A stretch of DNA of 58,764 nt from an uncultured Candidatus Saccharibacteria bacterium (GCA_964470995.1 CAYYEP010000006.1:1-58764), one strand, 5' to 3'; counted from the first letter of the stretch, positions 34,977 through 45,230 are shown. Notes: generated by a model from the letters alone, not told the origin. Numbers and translations: made by a program.

Positions 34977-36185
34977 ATGGCACTTTTTAAAAATGATCAG
35001 AATGCCGCGCCCGAAGTAACGCCTGCCGAATGGCTCCAACAAACACTGGAAACCGCCATCAAGGCTGACGCCTCCGATATCCATATCGAGCCAACGGCTC
35101 TTAATGTTGTCGTGCGGGCGCGGATTGACGGAATTCTACGGATTGTTGACCAGCTTGACCCATCTTTCCTCAATCCGATTATTTCATGCCTTAAGGTAAT
35201 GTCGGGTTTGAATATCGCCGAAGCAAGGCATCCTCAAGACGGCCACATTCTGTTTACCGCGCAAAACGATAACGTAGCTCAATCGATCGACATGCGGCTT
35301 TCGATATTTCCGACAATATTCGGCGAGGCGGCCGTATTGCGGATCCAGAATAGAAAGGATTTAATATTTGAGAGTCCCGAAAAGCTAGGGATCGCAAAGC
35401 CGGATCTGGAAAGGCTTGAGTTTGTTTTACAGCAATCAGAAGGCATGGTATTGATCACCGGTCCCGGAGGGAGCGGCAAAACGACCAGCCTTTATACAAT
35501 AATCAATTCGCTTCTATCTTCGCAGCGCAACATCATAACCTTGGAAGACCCGGTTGAATTGGAATTGAAAGGAGCGCGCCAATCACAGATACACCCGGAA
35601 ATCGGTTATGATTTTGCGCAGGGTTTGCGCTCTATTCTGCGCCAGGATGCCAACGTAGTTATGGTGGGGGAAATTCGCGACAACGAAACCGCGGAAATAT
35701 CGATTCGGGCCGCGCTTACCGGAATATTGTTCTTTTCGACCATTCACACAACGAATTCAACCGGCGCGATCGTGCGCTTTATCGAATTGGGAATCCCGCG
35801 GTCGCTGGTGGCCTCGGCGTTGCGCGTTGTTATCGCCCAGCGTCTCGTGCGCAACATCTGCCCGGTTTGCCGGGAACAAAGAGCTCCCTCGGAACGGGTT
35901 ATGGAATTTTGCCGGATACCCAAAGAATACATTGGCAATTTCTACGCCGGGAAGGGCTGTGAACAGTGTTTCGGCACGGGATACGCGGGAAGACGCGGAA
36001 TATACGAAGTCCTGTTTATTACCGAAGAAATACAGCGCCTTATTATCGAGGGAGCACCCATCAGCCAGATTGAGGCTGAAGCCAAACGCAACGGACTGCG
36101 AAGCTTGCGCGAGCTGGCGCTGGATCTGGCGTTGCAGGGCCAGATCAGCCTGGATGAAGTGATAAGAATGACGCCGCTACATTAA
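34977..36185 (+). CDS. Type II/IV secretion ATPase (GspE/PilB family, short form)
   Basis: Walker A LITGPGGSGKTTSLY, VMVGEIRDNETA, FSTIHTTNS and the tetracysteine motif CPVCRE...CEQCFGTGYAGRRGIYEV. Confidence 0.85.
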   Translation: MALFKNDQNAAPEVTPAEWLQQTLETAIKADASDIHIEPTALNVVVRARIDGILRIVDQLDPSFLNPIISCLKVMSGLNIAEARHPQDGHILFTAQNDNVAQSIDMRLSIFPTIFGEAAVLRIQNRKDLIFESPEKLGIAKPDLERLEFVLQQSEGMVLITGPGGSGKTTSLYTIINSLLSSQRNIITLEDPVELELKGARQSQIHPEIGYDFAQGLRSILRQDANVVMVGEIRDNETAEISIRAALTGILFFSTIHTTNSTGAIVRFIELGIPRSLVASALRVVIAQRLVRNICPVCREQRAPSERVMEFCRIPKEYIGNFYAGKGCEQCFGTGYAGRRGIYEVLFITEEIQRLIIEGAPISQIEAEAKRNGLRSLRELALDLALQGQISLDEVIRMTPLH

Positions 36186-36209
36186 CACTGCTAAGTTTGG
36201 TTTCGGATA

Positions 36210-37979
36210 ATGAAAAAAAATCTCAACATCAATACAAAAGCGATACTGCGCGAATTTTGGCGGGCGGCAAGGGAACATAAAATCCTTTTGTTTTCGAGTT
36301 TCGTATGCTTCGCGGCGGGCTTTATCGCCAATATTTTTGTCCCGATTTATTATAAAGATTTTTTCGACATCCTGGCAGGCGGGAAGAATAATCTGGCGAC
36401 CCAACAATTGCGCGATATTGTTACCGCAATCGCGTTATTGCATATGATGGCGTGGTTTTTTGGGCGGGCGGGAATTTTTTCGGCCAATGCGATGCAGTCT
36501 CGCATTTCGGCGCGGTTGAAACAGAATGTTTTCGATTATATGATGCTGCATTCGCGGGATTTCTTCGCGAATAATTTTTCGGGAAGCCTGGTCCAGCGCA
36601 CGAACAGGTTTGCCCGGGCTTTTATACGCATTACGGATGTGGTGCTTTTCGAGATGCTTCAGCTGGTGATAACCGTTATCGGGGCGATCGTGGTAACGGC
36701 AATGGTGGCGCCGCTGGTGTCGGCGATCATAATTGCTTGGCTGGCCGTATTCACGGTATTCAACCTGATTTTTTCGCGAATCAAGATAAAATATGATGTG
36801 ATCGCGGCCGAAGCCGATTCGGCCACGACCGGACTTTTAGCCGACAGTATTTCCAACTACAGCTCCATAACGCTCTATAACGGCTATGCTTCTGAATCGG
36901 CGCGATTTAAGCACGCTACCAACGACCAGGCGCGCAAGATGAGATTTTCATGGGACTTGTGGAGCATCATCAATATGGTGCAGGTCGGTTCGACCTATTT
37001 GATCGAGTTTTTGATTTTTTTTAATGGCATCAACTACTGGCAACAGGGACTTATTTCGCTGGGTACCTTTTCCCTTATTCAAATATATATCATCGGCGTG
37101 GGCCAGCAGCTTTGGAGCATGAACCGGATTATCAGAGAAATCTACGAGAGCCTTGCCGACTCGCAGGAAATGATCGACATCCTGCTTCTTCCGCATGAGA
37201 TCACTGACGCACCCAACGCGTACGATATCGGGAAAACGCAGGGAAAGATTGAATTCAAGGGTATATCGTTTTCCTATAACAAAAATCACGCGGTCCTTAA
37301 AAATATAGATTTAATAATTAAACCGGGAGAGAAGATAGCCCTGGTAGGTCCTTCCGGCACCGGAAAAACTACGCTAGTGGGATTGCTTTTACGGGTGCAT
37401 GACCCGCAAAGCGGCATCCTGCTTATTGACGGCAAGGATATAAAAGCGGCCACGCTCGAAAGTTTGCATGCCAATATCAGCTTGGTGCCGCAAGATCCGG
37501 TTTTATTCCATCGAACAATAATGGAAAATATCCGCTATGGCAGCCCGGATGCGTCCGACAATGAAGTGATCGCGGCCGCCCATGCCGCTCACTGCGATGA
37601 ATTCATCGAGATTATGCCCGATAAGTATGAAACCTATGTCGGGGAGCGGGGGGTAAAGCTTTCCGGCGGGGAAAGGCAGCGCGTCGCAATTGCGCGCGCG
37701 ATACTTAAGAGGGCTCCAATCCTGGTACTGGATGAGGCCACTTCAAGCCTTGATTCAAAGTCGGAAATGCTAATCCAGGACGCGCTGGCAAAACTGATGG
37801 AGTCGCGTACCACGATTGCCATCGCGCACCGCTTGTCGACAATACGCCGGATGGACCGCATAATTGTAATGCATAACGGGAGCATCGCTGAAACCGGTAC
37901 GCACGAAACGCTTATCCGCAAGCGTAACAGTCTCTATAAACAGCTTTGGAACCTGCAGGCGGGCGGATTTATCCAGTAA
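36210..37979 (+). CDS. ABC exporter, fused permease and ATPase (MsbA-like)
   Basis: Six-TM N-terminal half, Walker A GPSGTGKTT, signature LSGGERQRVAIARA and Walker B LVLDEATS. Confidence 0.85.
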   Translation: MKKNLNINTKAILREFWRAAREHKILLFSSFVCFAAGFIANIFVPIYYKDFFDILAGGKNNLATQQLRDIVTAIALLHMMAWFFGRAGIFSANAMQSRISARLKQNVFDYMMLHSRDFFANNFSGSLVQRTNRFARAFIRITDVVLFEMLQLVITVIGAIVVTAMVAPLVSAIIIAWLAVFTVFNLIFSRIKIKYDVIAAEADSATTGLLADSISNYSSITLYNGYASESARFKHATNDQARKMRFSWDLWSIINMVQVGSTYLIEFLIFFNGINYWQQGLISLGTFSLIQIYIIGVGQQLWSMNRIIREIYESLADSQEMIDILLLPHEITDAPNAYDIGKTQGKIEFKGISFSYNKNHAVLKNIDLIIKPGEKIALVGPSGTGKTTLVGLLLRVHDPQSGILLIDGKDIKAATLESLHANISLVPQDPVLFHRTIMENIRYGSPDASDNEVIAAAHAAHCDEFIEIMPDKYETYVGERGVKLSGGERQRVAIARAILKRAPILVLDEATSSLDSKSEMLIQDALAKLMESRTTIAIAHRLSTIRRMDRIIVMHNGSIAETGTHETLIRKRNSLYKQLWNLQAGGFIQ

Positions 37980-38007
37980 CTTCGCAAAAATACCACCAAA
38001 TCTTGCA

Positions 38008-38994
38008 ATGTTGTTCATAATTCTGTCGGTATTGTTCGCACTGATCGTGCCGCTGGCAGTTTTTGTGTTTTGCCATTATAACCGGCACAGAGCCTGTGAC
38101 GGCCGCACGCGACACGCGGCTAAAATCAAGCTGGACGAATTGCATCCGGCGGAGGCGGCAATGTTGCGCCATGACGGAGGTTTTAAGACAGATTTTTTTT
38201 GGTCGGAACTGGTACGGCTTGGCAATTAACCGCGTTTTGGTCATTGAAAAAGTCGATCAAAAGCTTACCTGGGATAGTCGGAGGCAGTATAAGACGACAC
38301 CATTGTTCAGCATCAAAACGACGATTACTAAGCAGGAATTCGACAAACTGGATTTTTTTGGAAAAAAAGATTGTAGACATCTTATTTCTTTACGGGCGAG
38401 AACGGATCTTTTCAGATCGCGCGAGTATCTGTCCAACCGCGTCTCCCAGATTGAAGCCGCGGTTCGAAGCAAGCTCGTCAAACGAGGGCTTTTGCTGGAA
38501 GAGCTAATCGCAACACGCCGAATTTGCCTGCTCATCGGCGGCGCGCTTATGGCAATCGGCTTGCTTTTCATAGATTTGCCGGCCATCTGAAGATTATCAT
38601 CCATTGTTTCAGGATTGATTGCCGTAGGATTCGGAATTGCCACCCCAAAGACCTCCTCCGCGGGAGAGGAAATTGTTGCTAATATCCGTACATTGGAAAA
38701 AATCTGGAGAGCCTAAAAAAAGACCGCAAATCCGCGGCCGCGCGCGTGTCGTTCTTTGAAAAGATGCTTCCAATCGCAATGTCGCTAGGGCTGGCCGAAA
38801 CGCTTACCCGCAAAATTAAGGCCGTATACGGAGATGATTTTCTCGCGGAATATAAACCCGCGTGGTATCGCGATTTTGAAAATTCAAGCTCTTTTGACGG
38901 CGGCCGGTTGCTAAATCAGCTTAACGAGATATTTACTTTCAATTCGTACCGGCCGGCAATTGATTTGCGGCAAGACTCCCGAAGAGATTATTGA
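38008..38994 (+). pseudogene. Decayed paralog of the C-terminal half of the DUF2207 membrane protein
   Basis: The pieces align with the intact gene at 50237: LHPAEAAMLRHDGGF with LTPMQMALLDTNGVF, GFGIATPKTSSAGEE with FGLIMPKRTPKGAE, and FFEKMLPIAMSLGLA...YKPAWY with FEKFLPYAMVFGLA...YHPAWY. Breaks are at T8 (38193-38200), an in-frame TGA (38588-38590) and A6 (38697-38702). Confidence 0.7.
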
Positions 38995-39040
38995 CTCGAT
39001 TAATTTGCGGCGCGCCAAAATACGGCCGGCCGCATCAAAA

Positions 39041-39583
39041 ATGACAAAGATAATCACATTTGTTTTAAGCCTTGTCGTGTGCGAGGCCGCGGCCGCGTTG
39101 GGAGGCTGGTTTACGGCGGTCGGGATCGCAGAATGGTATGCCGGAATCAATAAACCCGGGTGGACGCCTTCAGGCAGTGTAATTGGCGGAATTTGGACTG
39201 TTATATATCTCCTAATGGGAATCGCGCTTTATTTTACCTGGGATAAAAATTTTGAAGTGAAACTGCCGGAAGGCGGCAATATCCGCAAACCATGGAACCG
39301 GCTTTCTGAAAAGCTTTATATGGGCGAATGGCGGGGCGCTAATGTGGTTTTGGTATTCGCCGCGCAACTGCTTTTAAATATCGCCTGGTCAGCGATCTTT
39401 TTTGGCTTGCGCCAGCCGGGATGGGCGTTTTTCGAATTATTGGCCCTGTGGACGGCAATCGTTTATACGATTGTTAATTTTTACCGGGTATCAAAACCAG
39501 CGGGCCTTATTTTAATCCCTTATATTATCTGGGTTACTTTCACGGGCTATCTTAATTATTCGATTTGGATGATGAATAATTAA
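39041..39583 (+). CDS. tspO: TspO/MBR family tryptophan-rich sensory protein
   Basis: Five-TM pattern with WYAGINKPGWTPSGSVIGGIWTVIYLLMG. The start is set at MTKIITF; the track ORF starts at 38960. Confidence 0.8.
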   Translation: MTKIITFVLSLVVCEAAAALGGWFTAVGIAEWYAGINKPGWTPSGSVIGGIWTVIYLLMGIALYFTWDKNFEVKLPEGGNIRKPWNRLSEKLYMGEWRGANVVLVFAAQLLLNIAWSAIFFGLRQPGWAFFELLALWTAIVYTIVNFYRVSKPAGLILIPYIIWVTFTGYLNYSIWMMNN

Positions 39584-39644
39584 TTTTTTAATATGCTTCG
39601 CGCAAAAAAGAAATGCTTCGCAATACAGTAGAATATTATACCGC

Positions 39645-39855
39645 GGGCCTGGCTACTGGGCGGTTCGTATCCGCGCCGGCGAGTCCCGGGCCATTCTGGC
39701 GGGTAAATAAACTTCCCCGGGCAGATCCCCGAGGTGTTGTTTGCGTGCCGCTTCCACTACGCGTCAGGAAAAGTTTGTTTATAGCCTTCGCACGCTACGG
39801 GCAGCCATTCACACCCGCGGCAAAACCGGCGGAGTATTCTGGCAAATAAATAAAA
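39645..39855 (+). repeat. Dispersed intergenic repeat family, copy C (short unit plus full unit in tandem)
   Basis: The left unit ends in CATTCTGGCGGGTAAATAAAC (39692-39712). The full unit ends in TATTCTGGCAAATAAATAAA (39834-39853). The core aligns with copies A, B and D. Confidence 0.8.
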
Positions 39856-39909
39856 AGCTACCTTGCGATAGCTGTGTTTTGGTTATTTAGCGGATGAATC
39901 GTTACTGGT

Positions 39910-40110
39910 TTAAAATACCACAACATACACCGCAATACATATTAGCATAATCCACGCAACCGGATCGGTCCAAGGATAGTCTTTTTTTAATACCCGTAGC
40001 AAATCCGCGCCTTCTTTACCGGTTTTGATAGCCGCAACTACTACAGTTACCACGTTGATTGCGAAGGCAATCAGCGCGGCCAGCAGCAAGATATTTTGCG
40101 TATAATTCAC
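39910..40110 (-). CDS. Small two-TM membrane protein
   Basis: 66-aa ORF with two clear hydrophobic helices. Confidence 0.5.
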   Translation of the reverse strand: MNYTQNILLLAALIAFAINVVTVVVAAIKTGKEGADLLRVLKKDYPWTDPVAWIMLICIAVYVVVF

Positions 40111-40319
40111 CTCTCGTTAGTTACAATGGTATCCATAATTTGAAATACTGTCAACCGATTTATTGCTGCTTTTTATTGATTTGCTGGTTATAACTATTAG
40201 ATTAGCAACCAATGAATTTGATTTTTTAGGGCATTGCGGTATGTTAGATAATTGCCTTAATTCAGATCAATTACGGAGGAAACAATCTGAACGAAAGAAA
40301 AATACCGTTACCGGTTGGT

Positions 40320-40706
40320 TTGGCCGGGTTGGTACTGGCGTATGCCGAATCCTCGACCGATCCAAAGGCGATCTTATTGGCGATAAAAATAAGAGTGGCG
40401 TTCGAGTTTGATTTGGGAGAAAAAGGATTTGAACTGGTCACTGCGGAAGAAGTAAAAAATCTTCCCGAAAGCACCTTAACAGCAAAAGAACTAATGGAAG
40501 AGGCCGTTGTGGTATTTGATCCTGATGATCTTGATGATCAGGGAGCTCTCGATTACTTCGAAGCGTTGCTAGCTTCGATTGGAATGAATATGCTTGCCAT
40601 AGCAACCAAAGCAAACAATCGAAGCGTAGTTGAAATTATCGATAATATTATTGAGGTGCCGCTGGTTGCAAATACCGAAGCCGCCGATGAGCTGTTCGCA
40701 ACTTAA
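40320..40706 (+). CDS. Small acidic hypothetical protein
   Basis: 128-aa ORF from a TTG start. The frame is open from 40248, and a GGAGG at 40275-40279 sits 7 nt before an in-frame CTG at 40287. Confidence 0.5.
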   Translation: MAGLVLAYAESSTDPKAILLAIKIRVAFEFDLGEKGFELVTAEEVKNLPESTLTAKELMEEAVVVFDPDDLDDQGALDYFEALLASIGMNMLAIATKANNRSVVEIIDNIIEVPLVANTEAADELFAT

Positions 40707-41172
40707 CCGCGAGCAGTTTTTTTAAATCCGTTTGATAATTTGCGCCAGCAATCTCAAGCATTGCATTAATTCGAGGTATTTTATGATGATGCTTTCGAAG
40801 ATTACTTTCGGATCACCCGGGACCTTACTACCCATTTATTCTCACTCGCTTTACTCGGGATTTCTTGGGTCGTCCAGCAAGCCTGGTGCGCACCTCTGAA
40901 AAAAATACAAACAGAGAAAAACTGTCTTTTCAATTCCATAATTCCACTGGTGCGCCCTATGGTAATTTGATTCCGAGATGCGGAAGATGTGATGCTCCGG
41001 CGATGCCCCCAAATTAAGAAAAAGGGTATTATTGCGAAGCGGAATGAGGTTAAGGGCGGTATAATTGAGCTGTTCAAGATGGATATCAATAGCGATACAA
41101 CTTTTTAAATTGCCAAACTTGAAAAAAAATGTTATGGATTTATAATATTCGGAATTGAGCGAGGTTTAAAGA

Positions 41173-41748
41173 ATGGATACGAATGAGGCTGTGCTCGAAA
41201 TTGCGGAAGAGCTTAAAAAGATTGGATTGGAGATCGTAACACAGTACATCTGCAAAAATATTGAGGCATATCAGGGTGAAACCGCGATCATTGTAGCCAG
41301 TTTCCCCGATCGGGCGTGCGTGGTTTGCTTTGAAGTGTTTCATACATATTCTCGCTACCATGTTACATTGCAGATCAATGGGCAATTGGACGGAGCCGGT
41401 ATGGCTTCGCTCCGCCTCAAGGTGGAAAAACATGACTGCTTTTATGAATCGGAATCGCCAGACGGGGCGTTCAGCCGGCAATTTCGTTTGGCAAAAGCGG
41501 CGGCAACATTAGAGCAACACATCAAAGCGTGTATAATTTTTTGCTCGAATTTTTTGGAGGCCAACCGCGGCATATTGGCGGATCGGTTTTCTATCGTACC
41601 ACTATTACCGTTGGCGCCGGTAACAACTGAAGAATACAATAAAGCGGCATGCTCTATGTCAAGAACCGCGGCGCAAGAATATTTCGAACGGAAAGTCCTC
41701 CCCATATTGCCCAAAAAGATAATGCCGCCGGCGGCGCAGTTGAAATAA
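41173..41748 (+). CDS. Hypothetical protein
   Basis: 191-aa ORF. The N-terminal VLEIAEELKKIG resembles VLEVAEEIKKVIG in the ORF at 11682. Confidence 0.5.
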   Translation: MDTNEAVLEIAEELKKIGLEIVTQYICKNIEAYQGETAIIVASFPDRACVVCFEVFHTYSRYHVTLQINGQLDGAGMASLRLKVEKHDCFYESESPDGAFSRQFRLAKAAATLEQHIKACIIFCSNFLEANRGILADRFSIVPLLPLAPVTTEEYNKAACSMSRTAAQEYFERKVLPILPKKIMPPAAQLK

Positions 41749-41786
41749 TCACGAGTTTGGATTAATGTTATGTTTGAGGTGAAAAA

Positions 41787-42266
41787 GTGATGAACATTAA
41801 TAATCCAGAGGATGGCGATCCTTCTTGTGCAACATCCGAAACGGGAGTTATTTCCGAGAATACTCGCGCCGAGCGCAAGATCCCGGAGATCGAGGAAACG
41901 ATATGGGCTTTAACCTGCCGACTCGATCATTATAAGTGGTGTTTCGCCGCCGCTATCGGCGGACGCTCATTGGAACAGTACATTACAGAGCATTATTTGC
42001 CGCTCTGCGAGATATGGTTTTTGAAGCGTATGTATTTTGATATCCTGAATAATCCAAAAGATAGATTGGATATCTTAATGCGCGAGCTCGAAGCGCTTAT
42101 ACATCTCTTCGAGTTTCTTGATCCGCTTCTTAAGAAGGCGGGGATATTCGATCAGCTCACGCAGAGCAAACCGGCAATTGGTTTGCCGGGGAGAAACGAG
42201 CCCGTGACTCTATATAGCACAGAGTTGGCCAGCGGAGGTTATTTGCTTTATTTAGATGATGTTTGA
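41787..42266 (+). CDS. Hypothetical protein
   Basis: 159-aa ORF. A GAGGTG SD lies upstream of GTG-ATG at 41787/41790. It is closely spaced after the preceding gene. Confidence 0.5.
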   Translation: MMNINNPEDGDPSCATSETGVISENTRAERKIPEIEETIWALTCRLDHYKWCFAAAIGGRSLEQYITEHYLPLCEIWFLKRMYFDILNNPKDRLDILMRELEALIHLFEFLDPLLKKAGIFDQLTQSKPAIGLPGRNEPVTLYSTELASGGYLLYLDDV

Positions 42267-42571
42267 AATTTTTTTTATTTCTGTGGACTTTTCCATGGAT
42301 TTTTTTATCCAAGACAGCTCGCGGCTTTAGCGGCGAAATCGGCGGGGAGGCAAAACTCCTAAATTTAAAAAGCATTTACGGATTGCATTGATTTAGCATA
42401 AGCCATTACCGAATTTTTGCCGGCTCAATTCTTATGGCCGCCGCGCCGCCTTTAATGATTTAGAAGCAAAACAAGAGCGGATACAGATTTTCCCGGAGGC
42501 AGCTTAACGATAAACTCGCGAACATATACAAAAAAGTTGTTTGCCGCGCCGCCGCGTTTGGCAAACAACCA

Positions 42572-43048
42572 TTAGACCAAAAATTTGCCGCAACTCTTAA
42601 TCAAGTCCTTAGTAAATTCATAGTTACGTGTTCTGCGATATTCTGCGGCATTCATGACCCGGATCGTACGCATTATCGCGAGTACATTGGGATAAGCGAT
42701 AAAAATGGCTTCTTCAAAATCTTCTGACGGGGATATGACCAAGCCGTTTTCCACAAAAACAGCCACCGCGATATGGATATATCTCTTTTTCTCGCATGGC
42801 GCGCAATCGGTTAAATCGGATTCGCTCATACTTTGCACGCGCAAATCGGAACGGCCAACAGTAATGAACGCCATCGGCATCTTGGAAGTATCGCGTTCCC
42901 ACTTTGCCATTTCCTTGTGGCGGCCAGATCCCTGTGGCGGTACTGCCATTACCATATAACTACCGCCAACCTGGAATTCGGTACTGGAAGGTAACGCATC
43001 AAACACATCTTCCTCGGCAACAATTGAATCCGTTGGTTTCGCCTTCAT
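42572..43048 (-). CDS. Hypothetical protein (possibly 30 codons longer, from an ATA at 43138)
   Basis: 158-aa ORF with no SD before the ATG. A strong AAGGAGG (43147-43153) lies 8 nt before an in-frame ATA, with no stop in between. Confidence 0.5.
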   Translation of the reverse strand: MKAKPTDSIVAEEDVFDALPSSTEFQVGGSYMVMAVPPQGSGRHKEMAKWERDTSKMPMAFITVGRSDLRVQSMSESDLTDCAPCEKKRYIHIAVAVFVENGLVISPSEDFEEAIFIAYPNVLAIMRTIRVMNAAEYRRTRNYEFTKDLIKSCGKFLV

Positions 43049-43352
43049 ATCGAGCGCTTCGCAACCAGCGCACGCGAATATCTTTGCCAGTTCGGCGCTG
43101 CCACGAAATGTTTCCCCTTTTTTGTAGATTTCGGTTATTTTTGATTCCTCCTTAAGGCTGATTGTTTAAACAATATGATAATTGATGGATTTGGTCAATG
43201 AATCTCCCCGGGCTTACGCCACGGGAAATTTCGAAGGAAGATTAAAACGTAAAAATCAAGAGGCGCACTCCATGAGGATTATTCCAAGCGATATAGTATA
43301 GGTTAGAATCATTGAATGCGCGTACTATTGAAGTGTTTTCCCAATCCGATCT

Positions 43353-43394
43353 GAGCCGATGATCCCCGTGGCATTCTGGCGGGTAAATATAAAA
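43353..43394 (+). repeat. Dispersed repeat family, copy E (3' module)
   Basis: CATTCTGGCGGGTAAATA (43372-43389) is identical to 39692-39709. The flanks GCCGATGATCCCCGTGG and GCCGGCGAGTCCCGGGC are similar. There is weaker similarity to the 5' module at about 43205-43250. Confidence 0.65.
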
Positions 43395-43500
43395 ATTGTT
43401 GCGAAAGTGGGCTGATTTTGGCCCAGGATTGATTTTAAGGGCAAATTGTTATATAAAAAATATAGGAAGGCGTGGATACGCTTGTTTTGGGATAATTAAT

Positions 43501-44028
43501 ATGAATAATTTTGAAAAAAACTGGCAAAACGCCAAAATCAGCATTTTGCGTCTTGAGGGGCGTCCCGAATACAAATTGACGGGCGGGAAGGGAAACGTTA
43601 AAAAGGGAAAGCTGGGCGAACCAAACATAATGAGTGACGACAAGGAATGGATGAAATGGTCGGCGGCAGTGGCGAGCGCGAAAACAAAGGGAGTTAAAGT
43701 CCAGCGCGTAAGAGTGGTGCCCGAACCGTTATCGGATTACATTCAGCAACAGATTAAGATATGGCAGAAATATCCCGCTAAAAATAGGGAAGAATTATTT
43801 TTTATTGACAGCGAGGATTACGCCAAGATTATTGCGGAATCCAGATTTAGCCTCAAGGATTTTTGGCTTTTTGATGATGAAAAATTATTGATACTAAATT
43901 ACAATACCGCGGGCCTTCCCGCAGGAGATATTTTAATCGGCGATGGAAGCATGATAAGAATTTACTGCGAACTGAAGCGAAAAATGATGCAAAAGGCCGT
44001 ACCGTTCAATATTTTCACGAAAAAATAG
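43501..44028 (+). CDS. DUF6879-like protein
   Basis: VQRVRVVPEPLSDYIQ ... KDFWLFDDEKLLILNY matches my recollection of the DUF6879 core (RVRVV.EPLSDY ... DFWLFD). The start is at MNNFEKN. Confidence 0.5.
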   Translation: MNNFEKNWQNAKISILRLEGRPEYKLTGGKGNVKKGKLGEPNIMSDDKEWMKWSAAVASAKTKGVKVQRVRVVPEPLSDYIQQQIKIWQKYPAKNREELFFIDSEDYAKIIAESRFSLKDFWLFDDEKLLILNYNTAGLPAGDILIGDGSMIRIYCELKRKMMQKAVPFNIFTKK

Positions 44029-44434
44029 TTAGATTGCCAAGTAATTTTGATTCGGAACAAAATGAAGAGGCAAAAAAAGTGGGGGCAACCTCCTTTTTTT
44101 TATAAAAAAGGGCAATCGGGAAGCCAATATTTGATAATTTTAGCTATCGCAAAAAAATATCGAAACTATGCGGGCGTTATGCTTGAGGTTAAACGATATG
44201 GGGAATTGGGTTGAAATTTGGAGTAAATGAGGTATTTTTAAGGATTGGGAGGGTATCGGGAGGCAAAATTCATAATAATATGTGATCTTTCGCGCCGCAT
44301 TGCAGGATATGGGGCGCATCCGGCGCGCCAGCGAAGAGTTTTTGGAGGTAAATGGAGTGGGCGCGGCAAAGTTAAACAATTCGAAAAAAATTTTTAAAGG
44401 TAATAAACGATTTCGCAAAAGAAAAAGGCTTATT

Positions 44435-45085
44435 ATGAAGAAGATAATTTGTTTTGATGTGGACGGGACGCTGACGGTACATAAGTCGTCGTGGTTGGAA
44501 CTGACGCGGACTTTGGGTTTGCCGCAGGATATGATTGCCGATGTTTATTGCAAAACCGAGAACGGAACAATGACTTTTGCCAAAGGATTAGAGATAGTGA
44601 AAGATATATATCTGGCCAGCGAGAATACCAACAGGAGTTATATTGCAAATTTATTCGATAATATGCCACTAAGGATAGACGCGCGGCAGTTAATCGATCA
44701 TTTAAGGGCCAGGGGCTACTTGATTTATTTGGTTTCGGGCGCGATCGATATGTATGTGGAGTCGATCGCAAATCAATTGAAGCCCGACGGATATATGGCG
44801 CTTTGGTCGTTTGGTTTTGACAAGCAAGGCGCGCTTTGCGATATCGGATATAAAGGAACGGTCAATCAAAAGATAATGAAAGCCAATTACGTTAATGAAT
44901 TATCCAAAATTCATGGCGTACCGGTTAAGCAAATCGCGTTTGCGGGAGACAGCGAAAACGATCTGGAAGCCTTTAGGCTGACCGGGCGAGGAATCGCAGT
45001 AGAGCCGTATTCGGAGGCGTTGCGGCCGGTGGCGTGGAAAACCGTAAAATCGCTGGCCGAGGTTTGCGAGATTTTATCGCGATAG
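44435..45085 (+). CDS. HAD-superfamily phosphatase (subfamily IB, phosphoserine-phosphatase-like)
   Basis: Motif I FDVDGTL, LVSGAIDMY, and motif IV AGDSENDLEAF. Confidence 0.7.
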   Translation: MKKIICFDVDGTLTVHKSSWLELTRTLGLPQDMIADVYCKTENGTMTFAKGLEIVKDIYLASENTNRSYIANLFDNMPLRIDARQLIDHLRARGYLIYLVSGAIDMYVESIANQLKPDGYMALWSFGFDKQGALCDIGYKGTVNQKIMKANYVNELSKIHGVPVKQIAFAGDSENDLEAFRLTGRGIAVEPYSEALRPVAWKTVKSLAEVCEILSR

Positions 45086-45230
45086 ATATAATCCCAATAA
45101 TGGCAGGCAGCGCACTGCCGATATATTGGTAAACTTAACTGCAAAATTAGGATTTAATTTAGGCTGGCAGAATTGACTTTCTGCCCCGGTAAATCTATGA
45201 TGCAGAAAGCATAAACTGAAAAAAAGAGGC

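Noticed and set aside
34612-35084. Listed ORFs 34612-34812 (+) and 34833-35084 (-).
   Set aside because: Both have Arg-rich or odd composition and no SD. The second overlaps the PilB-type gene start in antisense. A different-frame 59-codon TM ORF is the only plausible coding signal here, and it has low confidence.
38588-38590. TGA as a sense codon (genetic code 4 or 25). Two in-frame TGAs fall at conserved positions, here and at 54907-54909.
   Set aside because: Both lie in genes with other signs of decay. TGA terminates intact genes (pncB, the Fur-family gene, cysteine-synthase paralog 2) at homolog-consistent lengths.
40740-41140. Broken ORF pieces on the plus strand (MMMLSKITFGSPGT..., ...YGNLIPRCGRCDAPAMPPN, IKKKGIIAKRNEVKGG...), together with the listed antisense ORF at 40802-41089.
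   Set aside because: Joining the pieces needs two frame changes, and I could not recognise a family. It may be a gene relic, but there is not enough support to annotate it.
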